A stretch of 64,000 nt of DNA from Camelus dromedarius. Taxonomy: Eukaryota. This document shows positions 39,861 to 53,516 of this stretch, in pieces. The notes beneath the pieces are model-generated. The model saw nothing but the letters and a program-made list of their open reading frames with translations, was not told where the DNA came from and made no database searches. Position numbers and translations under genes: made by a program. The stretch lies in NCBI RefSeq assembly GCF_036321535.1, contig NC_087437.1:55988001-56052000 (forward strand), read 5' to 3'. Numbering within the stretch: position 1 is the stretch's first letter; each line of letters begins with the position of its first letter.

Positions 39861-42800
39861 ATACCGCATTTTAATAAAATTGACCAAGTGATTTGTATGC
39901 ATATGAAAGTTTGAGAAGCACTGGTTTTCAGGACTAGGAGTAAGAGTTAGAGGAGGCTAAGTCCCCAGGGAAATATCTGAAAGCTATTTTCAGTCAGGCC
40001 CTGGATGAAGTCTTTGCTCCCACATAGCTCTCTCCTGAGGCCTCCCTCCATCAGGGCTATCCCTTCTCTTGTCCCCTGGGAACAGACTCCTGCATCACTG
40101 CTCCATCTGAAGCAAGCACTTGGTCCTTTGGGGGTTTCCTGGAGGTGTCTATCTAGGTTGATGATGTGGGTGCTGAGAAGGAAAGAAGCTGCCACACTTC
40201 ACCTGACAGGATCCTCCTGCAGGAAACAAGTCAAACAGAGATGCTAAAGAGTAGGGCAAAGACAGATGGTACGGGGCGAGGTCTTCATTTTAGGCAGAAT
40301 TTTAAATTCATCTACATTTCAGTAAAAAACAACAATGTTGGCTATCGAGAATATCTTTCCATAAAAACATGGGAGTGAAGAGAAAGATGAAAGGATAGGG
40401 AAAAATCTACTTTCAGAGCATAAGGAAGATGGAGGTAGGGGTCACCTAAATTAGAAGCTCCTCTCCCCTCTCCCTTCTCTTTCCCTGACACTCCCAGCAC
40501 TAATGCACAGTTGACCTTCAACCTGTAATACTCAGAAATAAGGGGGGAAAAAACAAAACAAACAAACAAACAAAAAACCCTTGGGATCTGGCTGTTGAAA
40601 ATGAGGATAGTAGAGATAGAAAAGCAGCTGGGGCAGATCAAAAATGGGATGAAGTCTCCCCTCAATTCCCCCCACCAAAAAAAATGGAGTACAAAGGAGG
40701 GCGTGGAAACTCCCTAGATCCCTGCAGCAGTTCCTGACTGAATGAAACCGATGGGATGTGTCTTCTTCAGCATGACGTACACTTCTACATAGAAGATTTT
40801 AGTCCATATCTGTTAATTGGCTCATTGAAGACCCAGTCCCTTTCCAATAAGATGGTGAAATGCTATACTCTCCTGTGCCCAGGTAAGAGGAGTTTATCAA
40901 ATTTCTCATGAATCAATTTTTTAAATTCACAGTGAAGAGAAGGGGCCCTGATGACCCCCCCAGGAAATAAACGCATGACTGAACCAAGGCAAAAATGGCT
41001 GAGATCAACAGGAACTGCAAGAGAAAAACTCTCATTGTTTCAGACATGGGTCAAAGTTCGGCGATGGAATGGGGAGTCAGCTAAGAACGCTAAAAACAAC
41101 TTGGGGACAGAGTGGGAGTGAGGGGAAGATGGGTAATGACCGACTGGGAACGGAAAGGATGACATGTTTACATCAACTTAAAAGAGCAACAGAGATGTAA
41201 TTGCCCTGACAGGTTCAACAACACGCTGGAAGCTGCGGGGAGAGGAGCCCCCTGATTTGCTGATACAGACAGCAAGTTACAGGGATGATGTGAAAAGGTC
41301 AGCAGAGGGCAACCTTCATTTGAGCTACTGCTGTTATTTTAACCCTGTTGCAGAGGGTCACAGTGTTCCATCCCAGATAATGAAAGGATGTTGAGAAAAG
41401 AAGGCGCATAGAAAATGGAAACTCACCAGACAAAGGCCAGATTCCATTCAGGGAGACATCAACTGGCTGGGGAGTCTTTGTGGTGACACACTGGGGGCTT
41501 CCTTCGCCCCTGCCATCCTGCTAGCTGAACGGACTGGGGAAGGGGGACTATTAGCTACCACAAGGCACATCCAGCTGTGGAAGCTCCGCTTCGATAACCA
41601 CCTTCCTGGGTTGCCTCCTGGTATCCGGGACATCCTTTGGACAAGGCTGGGCCAGAGAGGAAGCAGGCCCAGATAGGCAGCACAGGCTGCAGTGGCTTGT
41701 GTACCCTGTGCTTCTGTACCCATGCCTCTATCATCCCCCGACCTGTGCCGCAACAACGTAATGATCTGTCTTCCCATCTGTCTTCCCCACTGTTCCTTGA
41801 GCGGCAGCCCTGTGTACTCCCCACCTTTGTGAAGCTGATGCACACAGTAGGTGTTCAGGAGGTGTTTGGCAAATGTATTACAGAAAGACAGTCTCCATGA
41901 GCAAGGGGCTCCCAGCACAGCTGCACCAGGCAGCATCAGAAGCACAAAACTGTCACCCAGCACTGGAGGGTGGAAAATTAGAAAGGTCGCTGGTTTCAGC
42001 TGTGGAGGCCCTGCCCAATCCTGCGTCTCCAGCTACAGTCCATCTTGAAGGAAACAAAGACCAAGGGAAGGAGAAAACTATGAACTGTCATCATCATACC
42101 CTCATTTCCCTGCTCTACTCCACCTCCAGGATGACTCACTTCCACTGTGTCTGCCACCCACACCCTCCAACAATTCTGGCCTCTTTCCACTGATGCAAGC
42201 ATCCTGGCTTGGACAGCTTTTCAGGAATTAAGAAAAAGAAAAGAGAAGGAAAAAAACCTGAATGCCAAATAAGGGACCAGGACAAATCCATTCTTGAGTT
42301 TTCTTTTATATCCTGCAAGAACCCTAACCATGCTCTCTTCAGAGCACACACATGTTCGTAAGCCTAACTGACTTCTAATTTTTCACACTGTGGAAGTGAG
42401 GGTTTCTGCCCATAATCTGAGATTTTGTGAGGCCGAGGACTACCATCATGGCTGTAGTAAGTTACACTGGGAAACCCTAACAATAGGAAACCAAACTTCA
42501 CCCGAGTTATGGTTCCATTTGTAAGATAAAAGATAAGAATTTTTTACCAAGTATGGCAAGTTAATGAAGAAATAAAAAGGAGTAACTTTAGACTTCGGAG
42601 ATATTTAGGTTTTGGCCAAAATCAAGAATTTATTTTAATAAGCTTTATATGTCACTTAACTTAATCATTTCGAACATTTTGATGAGAACATTTTATTTAA
42701 ATGTAATACAATGCCTGAGAAATACCTAGGTTTTGCAACAAATAGCTGGGAATGTTTACCTTTAAGCAGTCTTTGTAGGGAGGCCCCCAGTTTACTGAAA

Positions 42801-44269
42801 CTCACTGCTATAGAAGTTTCTAAAATGCTTGGAGGTTAAGGAAAGGAGGTAGCCATCAGAAAAACAAAATATCTGCCACTACTAAGAAAAGCATATGGCT
42901 AACTCCTAATCTGGGTATCTATCTTTAAATTAGGTTTAAGATTTGTAAAGAAGTTCATGGATAACTTGTAACTCATTCAACAGCCAAAACTGCCAAGTTT
43001 CTGAAAGGTGCAAGTGAACATAAAACCTATTCAAGCTCACATATTAATTTTGTGGGAATTAGAGGGTCCATTAATGCAAAAAAAAAAAAAATCCTGGATA
43101 TTTTACAGTCAGTGATTCATGGAAGTATTTCCCTCTTAGTTGCTCTAATTCCAACTTTCTTCTTTTTTTTTTTTTAAGTAGTCATTCGTGCTTTTGGTCA
43201 AGTCATCATTTCTCTGTTTTTAAGTAACTGAATAATATACTGTATCTTAGTCACACGAGCCTAATTTTGACTATGATCTCTACTTTTCCTGAGATGCAAT
43301 ATATCCCTAAGGGGTGAAGCAAAGATTTTACGTCGAAGTATAATATGGTGCTATTTTGTTCCACTATCTCATAAATGGGTGAATCTGATGATAAATCTTC
43401 AGAGAAATAAGAGGGGATTGTAAGCCAAAAATCCACCTATTAACATGCTAGACATGTAGGAAGCGGTGGCGGGGGTGGCAGAAATGACTGCACGGCTGGC
43501 TTTCTCTTGATTACCCTTATGGAACACCAAGAGACTGCTTCATTCCAGACTGCGGGGCTCTTAGCACAGCCAAGGCTGTTGTTTCAGGTCATAGAGCATT
43601 TATAAAGTGAGACTGAGCTGAGTCAAAAACAAAACTAAGACATCTTCTTTCCCTGCTTTCCTTTCTTCTTCCTTCCGCCACAACTGCCTGAGAATCCCTC
43701 CTCCAGTTCATTTTCCCTGGGCCTCAGGTCAGTATTCACAATGGATGCTGTGCTTGGGAATTCACCGTGGACGAAAATCAACTGCAGGAGAACTGAGGGC
43801 CCATAAGATCACACATTCCATTGAAAGGCTGCTATCAGGAGCTTACGAGTAGGCTTCATTTACTGCTAGGAGGTTCAACGTGTTTAATGAAAACTCTGGT
43901 GACAAGGTACAAGTAAGGACAACGGCTCAAGGAAAGGTTCGGAATTACAAAAAGCAGCAGCAGGATGATGGAATGTGGGCTTACCCACAAAATTCAGAGA
44001 TAGAAATAGGCCACCCAGTTTGGGTTCACTAACCCCTCCTACCATGTCTAAACAATAGTAAGCCTTGCAGATTTTAAGTCCACCGTGTCCTACAGACCAT
44101 TTCTTATTCTCCATTCTTCTACCAATGCCCTTCTTAAGGCCACCAGTACCTCTTAGCCTTCCCTCCTTCATGCTCATTAAGCAAGTTTGTGCCTAGTGAG
44201 TAAATATACTCATGTATTCTTCTCCTAAGAAGCCTTTCAGGGTTCCTCACTGCCTTCAGAAAGAAACAG

Positions 44270-44490
44270 GGTATGATGGAATTAAAAGAGCATATGTTAG
44301 GAGCCATGCAAGCCTGGGTCCCAATCCTCGTGTATTTCCAGTTGACCTTGGGCAAGTTCCTTCATCTGTCTAGGCCTCCAATTATCCATTGGTAGAATAA
44401 AGAAAACAACAGTGACCTGTGGCTGTGAGAATTACATGAAAAAAGCATATAAAATGCCTGGCATATATTAAGTACTCAATAAATGACTGA
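44270..44490 (+). mobile_element. MIR SINE
   Basis: cctgggtcccaatcc...tgaccttgggcaagttcctt...gtgagaatta...gtactcaataaatg. Confidence 0.75.
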
Positions 44491-45134
44491 TGAGCTTTCT
44501 CTCTCATCAAAGTCTTACATGATAATACAAACTTAGTTTTCCAATCTCAGGATACCTCTGCTTGATGTGCAACAGTCAAAGAGAATGATATTCTATCCCC
44601 CTAAATTCTCCCCCAGCTTTCTGGAATGCCTTTCAGCCCTCATCACAGTCACCCTGCATCACTGTGTTCAAAATTCAACTGGAATGCCATCTCTTTGTTT
44701 TCAGATACTTCCCTACTCCCTTCAACCCTCGTATTTCCCTGTGAATCTTGTAGTTCTCTACCTTTACCTGTCTTTGGGCACTTCTAGGTCTGTTTCTTAT
44801 ACCATAAATAGATAGATATGACGTACCATGTCTCCAAACCGCAGTCCTTCATGCAAACGTCATTTTATTTAACTCTCTAGACCCAACTGCCTTGCAAATA
44901 ATAGCCTCACTTCACAAATTTAAGTTCAGTAAATGAATAAAGTAACTGCTTATTCTCAAGAACTAATAGTTAATAGTTCTAATAACTGAAACCCCATATG
45001 TCATACATTACCCATTGCTCTATCACTGAATGTTGAAACATTAGTATTTCTTAGTCTTAATGGGTGTCCAGTGAATACCTATAAATTAATAATAGCCCTG
45101 GTACTGTTATCATGTGTGAGTGTTGCATTTTAAA

Positions 45135-45255
45135 AGCAAAGCTACACTGGCCATGTTGAAATCCCAGCTCTTCTACCTACTAGCTTAGGCAAGAGACTTA
45201 AGCATTCTGTGCCTCGGATTTATCAGCTGTAAAATGGGGCTAATATCTTGCTACA
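45135..45255 (+). mobile_element. MIR core fragment
   Basis: gaaatcccagctct...ggcaag...tctgtgcctcgg...ctgtaaaatgggg. Confidence 0.65.
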
Positions 45256-47904
45256 AAGTGAATGCTTTTTCCCTCCATCAACACAAGTATCTCTTATATC
45301 TGCAAACCCACCCCCTACCCCAACCATCACCAAAAATTTCAATATGGAACAAGTTCCCGAGAAGAGAATAGCAGAGTGGGATAATGCTAGACCTGGGAGC
45401 AAGAGTAAGTGTGAAGACAGGCAGTATTCGGGAGGTAACAGGGAGTAGTTGAGAACCATGGACAAATCCTATTGGACATTTTTGATTCTGTTTAGTTCTA
45501 AGTTTCTGTAACCAAGGTCTTTACTTGTTTAAATAAGTTATGTCAAGCTATTCTTCTATTAAGCCAGTGCATTAGGCCCAAACTGAATTCTCCAATAAAT
45601 GGCTTCTGAGATGTTTTACTTCAAAGCTAAGAGTTCTACCTTTACAAGTTGCTTCATATCTATGAAAAATGCTCTATGTGTGGAATGCAGCTACTGGTAA
45701 AGGACAGGTTGCTTCTAGTTAGTCAGTGTCCAATAGTCTGCAGACAGCGTGCTGTGGGTTATTACAATGTAAACAGTCATTTTGCCATGGGGAGACTCAG
45801 AATTAATCATTTCCAGGGCTGAGCACAAAATTCTACTTCCCAGGATACCAAAGGCAAAAGGAATGTTCTTGGGGCAAAGACATTTTGGAAAACTCTTGCT
45901 CTGGTCAATGCAGTCAAGGAATCAGCAATGCTTAAAAAAAAAAAAAAAAAAAAACTTGGGCTATTATATTAGGGACAGGCTGCAGTACCAATGGTTCTCT
46001 TTAAATAGGAGAACAGCACCAGACCCTACTTGGCTAAAAAAAATATATATATATATATATTTTTAAATTATATCTGCAGTTGCTTCCAGACTTCTGTTTT
46101 GCATTTTATTTGGTTTGAAAGGCTCTGTTTGCATTTTTAATGTCCCATTAAATACCAGGCATGTGCTTTGTCAGAGAGTCAAATGATAGTGCTTCAACAA
46201 AGCTTCCCCTACTGATGCTCAGAGACCTGTGAATGTGTCCAAGTCTCCTTCTATTCATTGTCATGGTTGTTGTGATTATAGTTAATATTATTCTTGGACT
46301 GAGCGAAGCTTGTGGTGACCAGCAGAGACCCTCTGAGCTGTCTCCAGAACTCAAGATGTCACCAGGATCTGCGGGGAAAGGACTGGAAAAGAGAGAGGCA
46401 GAGGCCTTGAAAAAAGCAGCTAATTTCTTCACTTTTGTCCCCGAAGGGAAGAAGTTCTCCATTCTCTTTTTGTGATGAGTTGCATGTGAGACTGTTTATA
46501 TTCAACCACGTATCTATATAAATAGTCACATTTAAATCAACCCTAAATAAAAAGTAAAACAAAATACTTTGAGCAGAAGCATTCTCAAAAACAAAATTCT
46601 CAGACATAATTAGGTCATTTTGTTTCTGTTCTATTCTGAGGAGTGAGTCAGGAGACAGGGTCATGATGACTGGACAAGTGAATCACATCAGGAATACTGA
46701 GAGGTTGGAGCTGACAGGTTCAAGCTGGGGTGTATTTTGTAACCTGATATAACACAATTAATGTTTCCTATGCATTTCCAGTCTTTGTGAATTCACATAC
46801 GTATTTATTGATTTAACCTATTTTTATTGCAACTCCATCAGTGTGCAAGCACTCTGACAGTCACCAGGAATAGGTGCAGAGCAATAACTGGTACAGCCCC
46901 AGGTTTCAATGACCATCTAAAGGCAAATAGTTTAAAGACTGAAGATACCCACATTTTAAAAAGATAAAGTTTGAGTCATTCTGTATCATTTTGTAAATCT
47001 TCCCTAAATTAACATGGCATCTTCAGCTTATCACTCAAAAGGGTCACCTATTTTGCTCAGTGGAAAGACTCATATTTGCTGATCTACATGATGTATAATT
47101 TTTTTATTTGGCAATAATTTTCAGTTCTCCTATATATTAATTCTTTAACATCCAAACAAATTTTAAGTATAATTTCTAAGACTTTTATTTTTTTAAAAAG
47201 GTTGCATTTTTTTTAAAGACCAGATTTAATTCCCTATTATGACTCTCTAAACTCTTGCTATATATACCATTCCATGCCCTGTGGTATCCTGAGAAACCAT
47301 GGAAAAACTACTTCATATTAATGAGGTCAGTATTTTCATAGGTGACACTTTAAATAGTTCCAACAAAAATTCTATTCTCTGGTATATTTGTCCAAGACAG
47401 CCTCACCCATCAGCATCTTCCACATAGTAGAAGCTCAATAAATATTCAGGGAATTAAGGAATGAATGTCAGCCTCCATGTGGTTTGGCCCCAGACCCTAG
47501 AGAAGTACCCTTTGGAGAGAGTACACCAAGAAGAACAAGAAAGTCTATGGTGACACACTTTTGTTTTTTGTTTTTCTCTAGGACATTGCTAAGACTCTGG
47601 TTTCCAATAAAAGGAAATTGCTACCTTCAACATGGGGCTTACTTAGCTCACCAATCTCACTGGGTTAGCATCCTTTGACTTTTCACTGATTTTAGGGCAA
47701 GGAAAAATTGAGGGTTCAGAACCCTTAGAAATATTTTCCTAGTTTCAAAGTAGATATTATAAATCTCCTCTTCGTCTACCCTAAGTTCTAGCCAAAGAGA
47801 ACTTCCCTGTAAAATTAATAACACCTTCACCTTTCTTCCTTTCCTATCCCTCCTCACAGTCTTCATTCCTACATGTTAAATTCTACCTATCTCGTCAATG
47901 ACTC

Positions 47905-48420
47905 CAACATTCAGAGGTCCAGTAAAAACAGAAGAGCCAGGAAAGGAGATAGGAAGCAGCCAGTTACATAGAAAGTAATCTAGCAAGAGTGAAGGAAAGG
48001 AATCCTAGAGAAAGAAGGGTTTCAAGATACCATGTCATGAGAGTGAACCTCTTACTGAGAGGTCAAGACAGCTGAAGGCAGATAACTGACCACTGGCTTT
48101 AGGAAGGTGTTGACCACTGGGGACATGTACGAGTGCATTTCAGTGCAGTGGTATAGAAGGAAATCTCATTAGTATGAGTAGTGAAGACAGTGGGAGAAGA
48201 GGAAGTAGAGACAGAAAGTCCAGACAAGGTTTTAAAGTTGTGATAATGTAGGAAAAGTGAGATCAAAGGTGATTTATTTGTTTTAAGATGGGTGCATTAA
48301 TGTAGATTTGTGAGCTGATGGTTATCATCCAGTGGCTACAGAGAAACTGATGATGTAGGAGAAGGAAATTAAAGGCTAATTATAAGCAGAAAATCCTTTG
48401 GAAGGCTAGAGGAAATAGGC
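47905..48420 (-). mobile_element. L2 LINE fragment
   Basis: gaagagccaggaaaggag...gagaggtcaag...gaccactgg...atttcagtgcagtggt...gaggaagtagagacag. Confidence 0.65.
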
Positions 48421-50109
48421 TAGATCCAGAGTACTAGTCAAAAATCTTGATCTCATATTGATTTTATCTAGAGATTTATTCTCTTTTTTTTCATATTATT
48501 ATTATCATCATCATTAGTACTGAGATAGGAGGGAAAGTGCAGTATCTCACCACCTACAGAGGCTGTGGATTGGGGGACTTGACAGTGACAAGAAGAGACT
48601 GTTCTCATCTAATGACATCTATCTCATTCTCTTAGAAGTTACAGTACATTAGCAGATGCAGAAGGGGTTCCAAAACTATCTGGTTCAACTTTCTTGTCTT
48701 GCATTTGGGGTAACTAGTTCTAGGACTATCTAGTGCATTTCTAAAGGTACAAAATCGACATGTCCTCTGCAAGAGTATTCAGGGATTTCTCTTAGTCATG
48801 TTGCCTCTCCTTTTCTTCTCCAGCATAATCAGGAGCTGTGATCAAGAGCACCCCATCCAAGAAGGGAATGCTCACAGCAAGGAGGCAAGAGTTTATAGGA
48901 CAATAAATCTTGACTATCTGCACAGCCATTTCTCCTTCCCACATCAAGCACTCATTTCCAACAAGCCATACTCACAGCCAGGCTTCTCAAAAAGTTATCT
49001 TTAGTAAAAACACATTGTCTGCCTGCCTGAAGTGGGAATTTCCATTACCTCAGACCTGCCTCAGATTCCAGACTTTGGCGGCAGCTTCATGTTTCATGCT
49101 TATGTGTTGTCCTCACTCCATTAACTTCTGTTAATTGAGTCCAAAACATTCATCTTTCAGCCGACCAGAGCAAAACATCATAATCATATTACACATAGAC
49201 TGCACAAGGACTTTGAAATGATTTAAAAGCAGAACAAATTAAATCAAGAAAAATAATTTAGTAGAGCAATTTGTAAAAGGAAGATAACCTTGGCTCTAAA
49301 TCTGGATTCCAGGACATTTTTTCCAACAGCTTCCAAGAGATATGTCCACTCTAAGTACCTAATTTCCTCAATAAATATCAACATGTTCCTGGATGACATC
49401 TTTATGCTGAAATTGATGAGCTAAGCAAAGGACCATGACCTTGGCTTTAGCTGTCATGATTTGTTCTGGATAGCAAGCAAATGTTTACTAGGTAAATGCT
49501 AAAATAAGTATCCTTCACAGGGCTTCCATTAATTTTGAAATCTTCTATTACAAACCATAATATACAGGCTTTTTAGTACCAGCCCCTAAAAGGAATCTGT
49601 CACCTAGAAGAAACATTGAACTAAACCTAAAATAGTCAGTAAATTTTTCCTGGCAAATCAGTTCAATCTGCTCATGGTTCTAAAGACATGTAAGTCCAGT
49701 CTACTTCTATATTCCTAATTAATCCTGCACTGCACAAATCAATGAGCAAATACTGGTTGATAGCCACTATAAATTTTTATTAGAAAAGTTTAAAATAGGT
49801 TAATTATGTGTATTTAAAATTATTCCAATAAGAATTTTAAAAGCACTATTGGACTATTTCACTACTTTCCATTCCAGAAAAGATCATAGTCACTATCTTC
49901 GTGTACTATTCATGGATCTTTCTAGGTACACACATGTTGAAATCAAAAAGAAAAAGTCGCAAATGTGTCAGTCTTCTGAGAGTGATTAAAAAGGGAATTT
50001 ATTTTTCTAGTATTTAGGATTTATTTCAAATTAGTTCTTGGTAAGTCTTCTATCTCAGATCTGAACTGGGGTGATAAACAATTCAAGAAACAGTGACAAA
50101 CTAAGAAAA

Positions 50110-50900
50110 GTATGTGCAGGATGAACATCCTTAGCAGAAAATAAAATCCTATATGCCAATAAGAAAAGTAATCAATACCCCAATAAAATGCACAAAAGAC
50201 ATAAACAGTGATCAATAAACATATTTTTTAAGATGTTTCATACTGGATGTCTATGAAAAAATGCCTATTAAGATGAATTTTCTATCCATCAAATGGTCAT
50301 AATTTCCTTTATTTAAGTATAATTTAGAATGTTGGCAGAGGTTCTAAGAAATAGATTCTCAGCCGCTGACATTTAGAGTATTAAGTAGTACCAACTTTCT
50401 CAAAGACAATTTGGCAATTTATATCAAATGTCTTAAAGTATGCATCCTATTTGATCCAGCAAGTCTACTCTTAGGAGTGCATTTTAAGAAAATGAGGAGA
50501 AATGAATATTTAAATTTAAAATGAGCATCCAGCAGTATTTATGAGAGTGCAAAACTACACAGCTCAGATAACTAGGCAGAAATTTGTTAAACAGATTATA
50601 GTATGTTCATATAATAGTTACATTACTGTCATTTAAAAATTTAAGAGGTTTTATTTTATATTGATTAATTAATAGAAGTTACAGAAGAACATGCACAATA
50701 TGATTCGAATTTTGTTTAAATATATATGCACATGTGGTGTGTGTGGCTGAAATGGTATACATGAAAGTGTTATGAATGGTTAGGCTTAGGTGGTGACATT
50801 GAAGGAGTACTGATCACTTAGATTTCTTATTAGTACTTTGCCTCCCTGTATTTTGCAAATTATCTACGGTGAACATATATTATTCCAGAAAAATAAATAT
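50110..50900 (+). mobile_element. Old L1ME-type 3' region
   Basis: caactttctcaaagacaatttggcaatttatatcaaa...tttgatccagcaagtctactcttagga. Confidence 0.7.
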
Positions 50901-51289
50901 TATTCTTAAACCACTTTAGAATACATATTATTCTTAAACCACTATTGTAACAACCTCATGTAAATTACTATCTTCTTGTACTATTTTAAAACTGCATTTA
51001 CATCACTGCATATAGCAAAACCAAAATTACATGATATACAAAGAGATAAACAGTAGCATGCACCTGTGAAAATGTTGATTATCAGAAGTTGGCACTAATG
51101 AAAGAGATGTATCTAATTTGGAGTTTTGAATGGACTGCAGATGACAGTAAACAGCCTTCATTAAATAGATGGTGCAGTTTGTGACTTAACAACCTGTGCG
51201 ATTTTCTGTGTGCATGTCATACTTCAGTGAAAAAGATTAAACGTGAATCCAGCCACTGACTCCTGGCTTGCTCCCACAGACTCACAGCA

Positions 51290-51445
51290 GACCTAGAGGG
51301 AAACCTGAGAGGTCACTGTCTCAAACTTCTCACCCATAAGAAATGCCACGATGGTTTGGGTGCCCTTCCACTGTTAGACAGCCCTGATACAACCTTATTC
51401 CTCACAATGAACCACAAACCATCTGCCTCCTTTCAACTTCCAGGC
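51290..51445 (-). mobile_element. L3/CR1 fragment
   Basis: cccttccactgttagacagc...atctgcctcctttcaacttcca. Confidence 0.45.
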
Positions 51446-52739
51446 AAGTCTGCACTAATCAGCTACATGCAGGCTTGCGTGTCATAGCAGGATCATCAAC
51501 CACCGGGGCCTAGAGTGCATCCTGTCATGTGGCCTGGGAACCGTGGCTGTCACTGCAGCTCTGGTGGGCATGACTGAGGGACGACGACAGACAAGTACCC
51601 AGAAACTACAGCTCAGCCAATGAAAGTAGGACAAGTGCAAACTGCAAGGCCAGCGTTTCTAAGGCTTGGCTGATGGCAAACTGAATTTCCTTTCTCAAAG
51701 CCAGCGGTACAGTGGGGTATGGACGCCCCTGATTGTGAGCTGGAAGAAGAGCTGCTTGCAACAACAGAAACAGACAGTTCAAGTGCAACCAGAGACTTTT
51801 GCTCTTTTTGAACTAAGGCCATACTTCAAATGAGCTACAAATAAGACCATTTGGTGAATCATGTCTTTAATGCTACAGACTTCCCTGAATTTTTTATATG
51901 ATAAAGAGGGCTTACAAAGAAAGCTTTTGAGGGTAGTGCACTTCTTTTGTGGGAGGATCAGCTATTTGATGCAGATCACACAATGACTGATTTGTCATTA
52001 GATTAAAAAACATTCCCATATCAACAAAAAACTGGTTATACTTAACCTGCAAGTCAGGACACTTGGATTTTACTCTTCAGTCTTCCTAAAAAAGCTATGT
52101 GGTTAATAATTTACTCGATCTTATACTATTTCAACTTATTCATTAGCAAAGTATTACTGAACCACTTAATCTTAAAATCTCATTTATCCCAGTGAGGCTG
52201 AACCTAATCTAGAATATTATGATTTATAATCTTGCAGCAAAAGCTTCTCTGTGAAGGGAAAGTGATCTCCTAAGTTTTCAAAGCACAATGTAATTTCCAG
52301 TTTATAAATGCTGTACTTGTATGAATATCATAGAACTAATCCCATCTCATCACAGCCACAAGGGGAAAGATAAAGAGAGAGAGGGTGTGTGCACAAGTGA
52401 ACGCAAGCCCATTGCCTCGGTCCCCAAAGCTCTTTTGATTGTCAACTATTTGTTTTGTGTCTTTTTCTCTCATTCCCTCATGCATCCTCTTAGTTCCCTT
52501 TAATACATTACAAAACTGGAATTAAGAAAGTAAAGATCTGAAAGTGCAAAAGAGAGGAATACACAGAGAGTCAAACTATTGGAGAATTAAAACAGCTCCA
52601 CATACGATGACTTCCTTGTAAAATCTCTCCTCTTGGTTAGAGCGGAGTTTTCTTTGTACACTGCTGCTCTCCATGCACCCTGAATGAGGACACTCAACCC
52701 ACAGCACTTCCTCCAGACCTCATGCACTCACCTCACTGT

Positions 52740-53240
52740 CATTTGTTAGTATGTAATGTGGGTGATGCTTTGAACATCACAAAGGTAAAACAGAGAGGGA
52801 CTCTGTTCTCAAGGAGCTCAGAGCCTAGTAGTAAAGAAAAAAAAAAAAAACTAGAACACGAAGAAAATAATAGTTTTAATAATAATAGAAAAGAATAAAT
52901 GCACTGAGAGGGGTACATGTAAAACCTTATGGGATTTCTGAGATGAGAAAACATTCTTCCAAGCTGCAGGGGTCAGAGAAAGCTTCCTGAAAGACCGGAG
53001 AAGGGGCTTGAAGAAAGGGGAGGATTCAGACATATGGAGATGTAGAGGTACCAAGGAAAAGACAAGTAGGAGAGAGTTTTGGTTGTCGCTTGGGGTACTT
53101 GAAAAGGATTAATGGAAGATCAAACTGAGGGATAAGAGACTTGAATTCCAGGGGAAGGCAGTCAGTCTCTACACTGTCCGAGGAATCATCACAGATTTTA
53201 CATTGGAGAAACAATATGACTAAATCGGAACTTTGGAATG
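52740..53240 (-). mobile_element. L2 LINE 3' fragment
   Basis: ctgttctcaaggagctcagagcctag...ggtcagagaaagcttcctgaa...tttacattggagaaacaatatgac. Confidence 0.65.
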
Positions 53241-53516
53241 ATTCATAGTTAAACTCCCCCTAAAATAAAGTATTTCTTCTGAAGATGCATCAGGTACCTT
53301 TCAGAGGAAATCCTCCAGGGAAATTTAAGCACAGCCTTGTCTGGTACTGCTCAGGGTAACATAAACTGTTGCTCTGTGAGGTATTAAATGGGAATTGAGG
53401 AGATTTTATTTCATCTATTCAGTTCATATTTCTTGGACCATTTTGGGTTTGTTTCTTCCTGGGCTCAACCATCCCTGCCAGCAGTGGTGGATTCCAGCCA
53501 TTTTAGGATGTGAAAT

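Larger units (their letters stand above)
38837..39923. mobile_element. MER5A1-like hAT MITE split into ~38837-38946 and 39861-39923
   Basis: Left: catcacttgggaacttgttcgaaatgc...actgaat; right: gcattttaa...gtgatttgtatgca...aaagtttgagaagcactg. Confidence 0.75.

Noticed and set aside
41448..41963. Longest ORF (171 aa, minus strand)
   Set aside because: No recognisable domain, non-ATG start, overlapping ORFs on both strands in a GC-richer patch; consistent with chance
46233..46475. ORF with a hydrophobic N-terminus resembling a signal peptide
   Set aside because: Hydrophobicity comes from T-rich low-complexity DNA; no promoter, splice or homology support
49034..49043. Perfect NF-kB site GGGAATTTCC
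   Set aside because: An isolated 10-mer with no supporting motifs is plausible by chance in 64 kb
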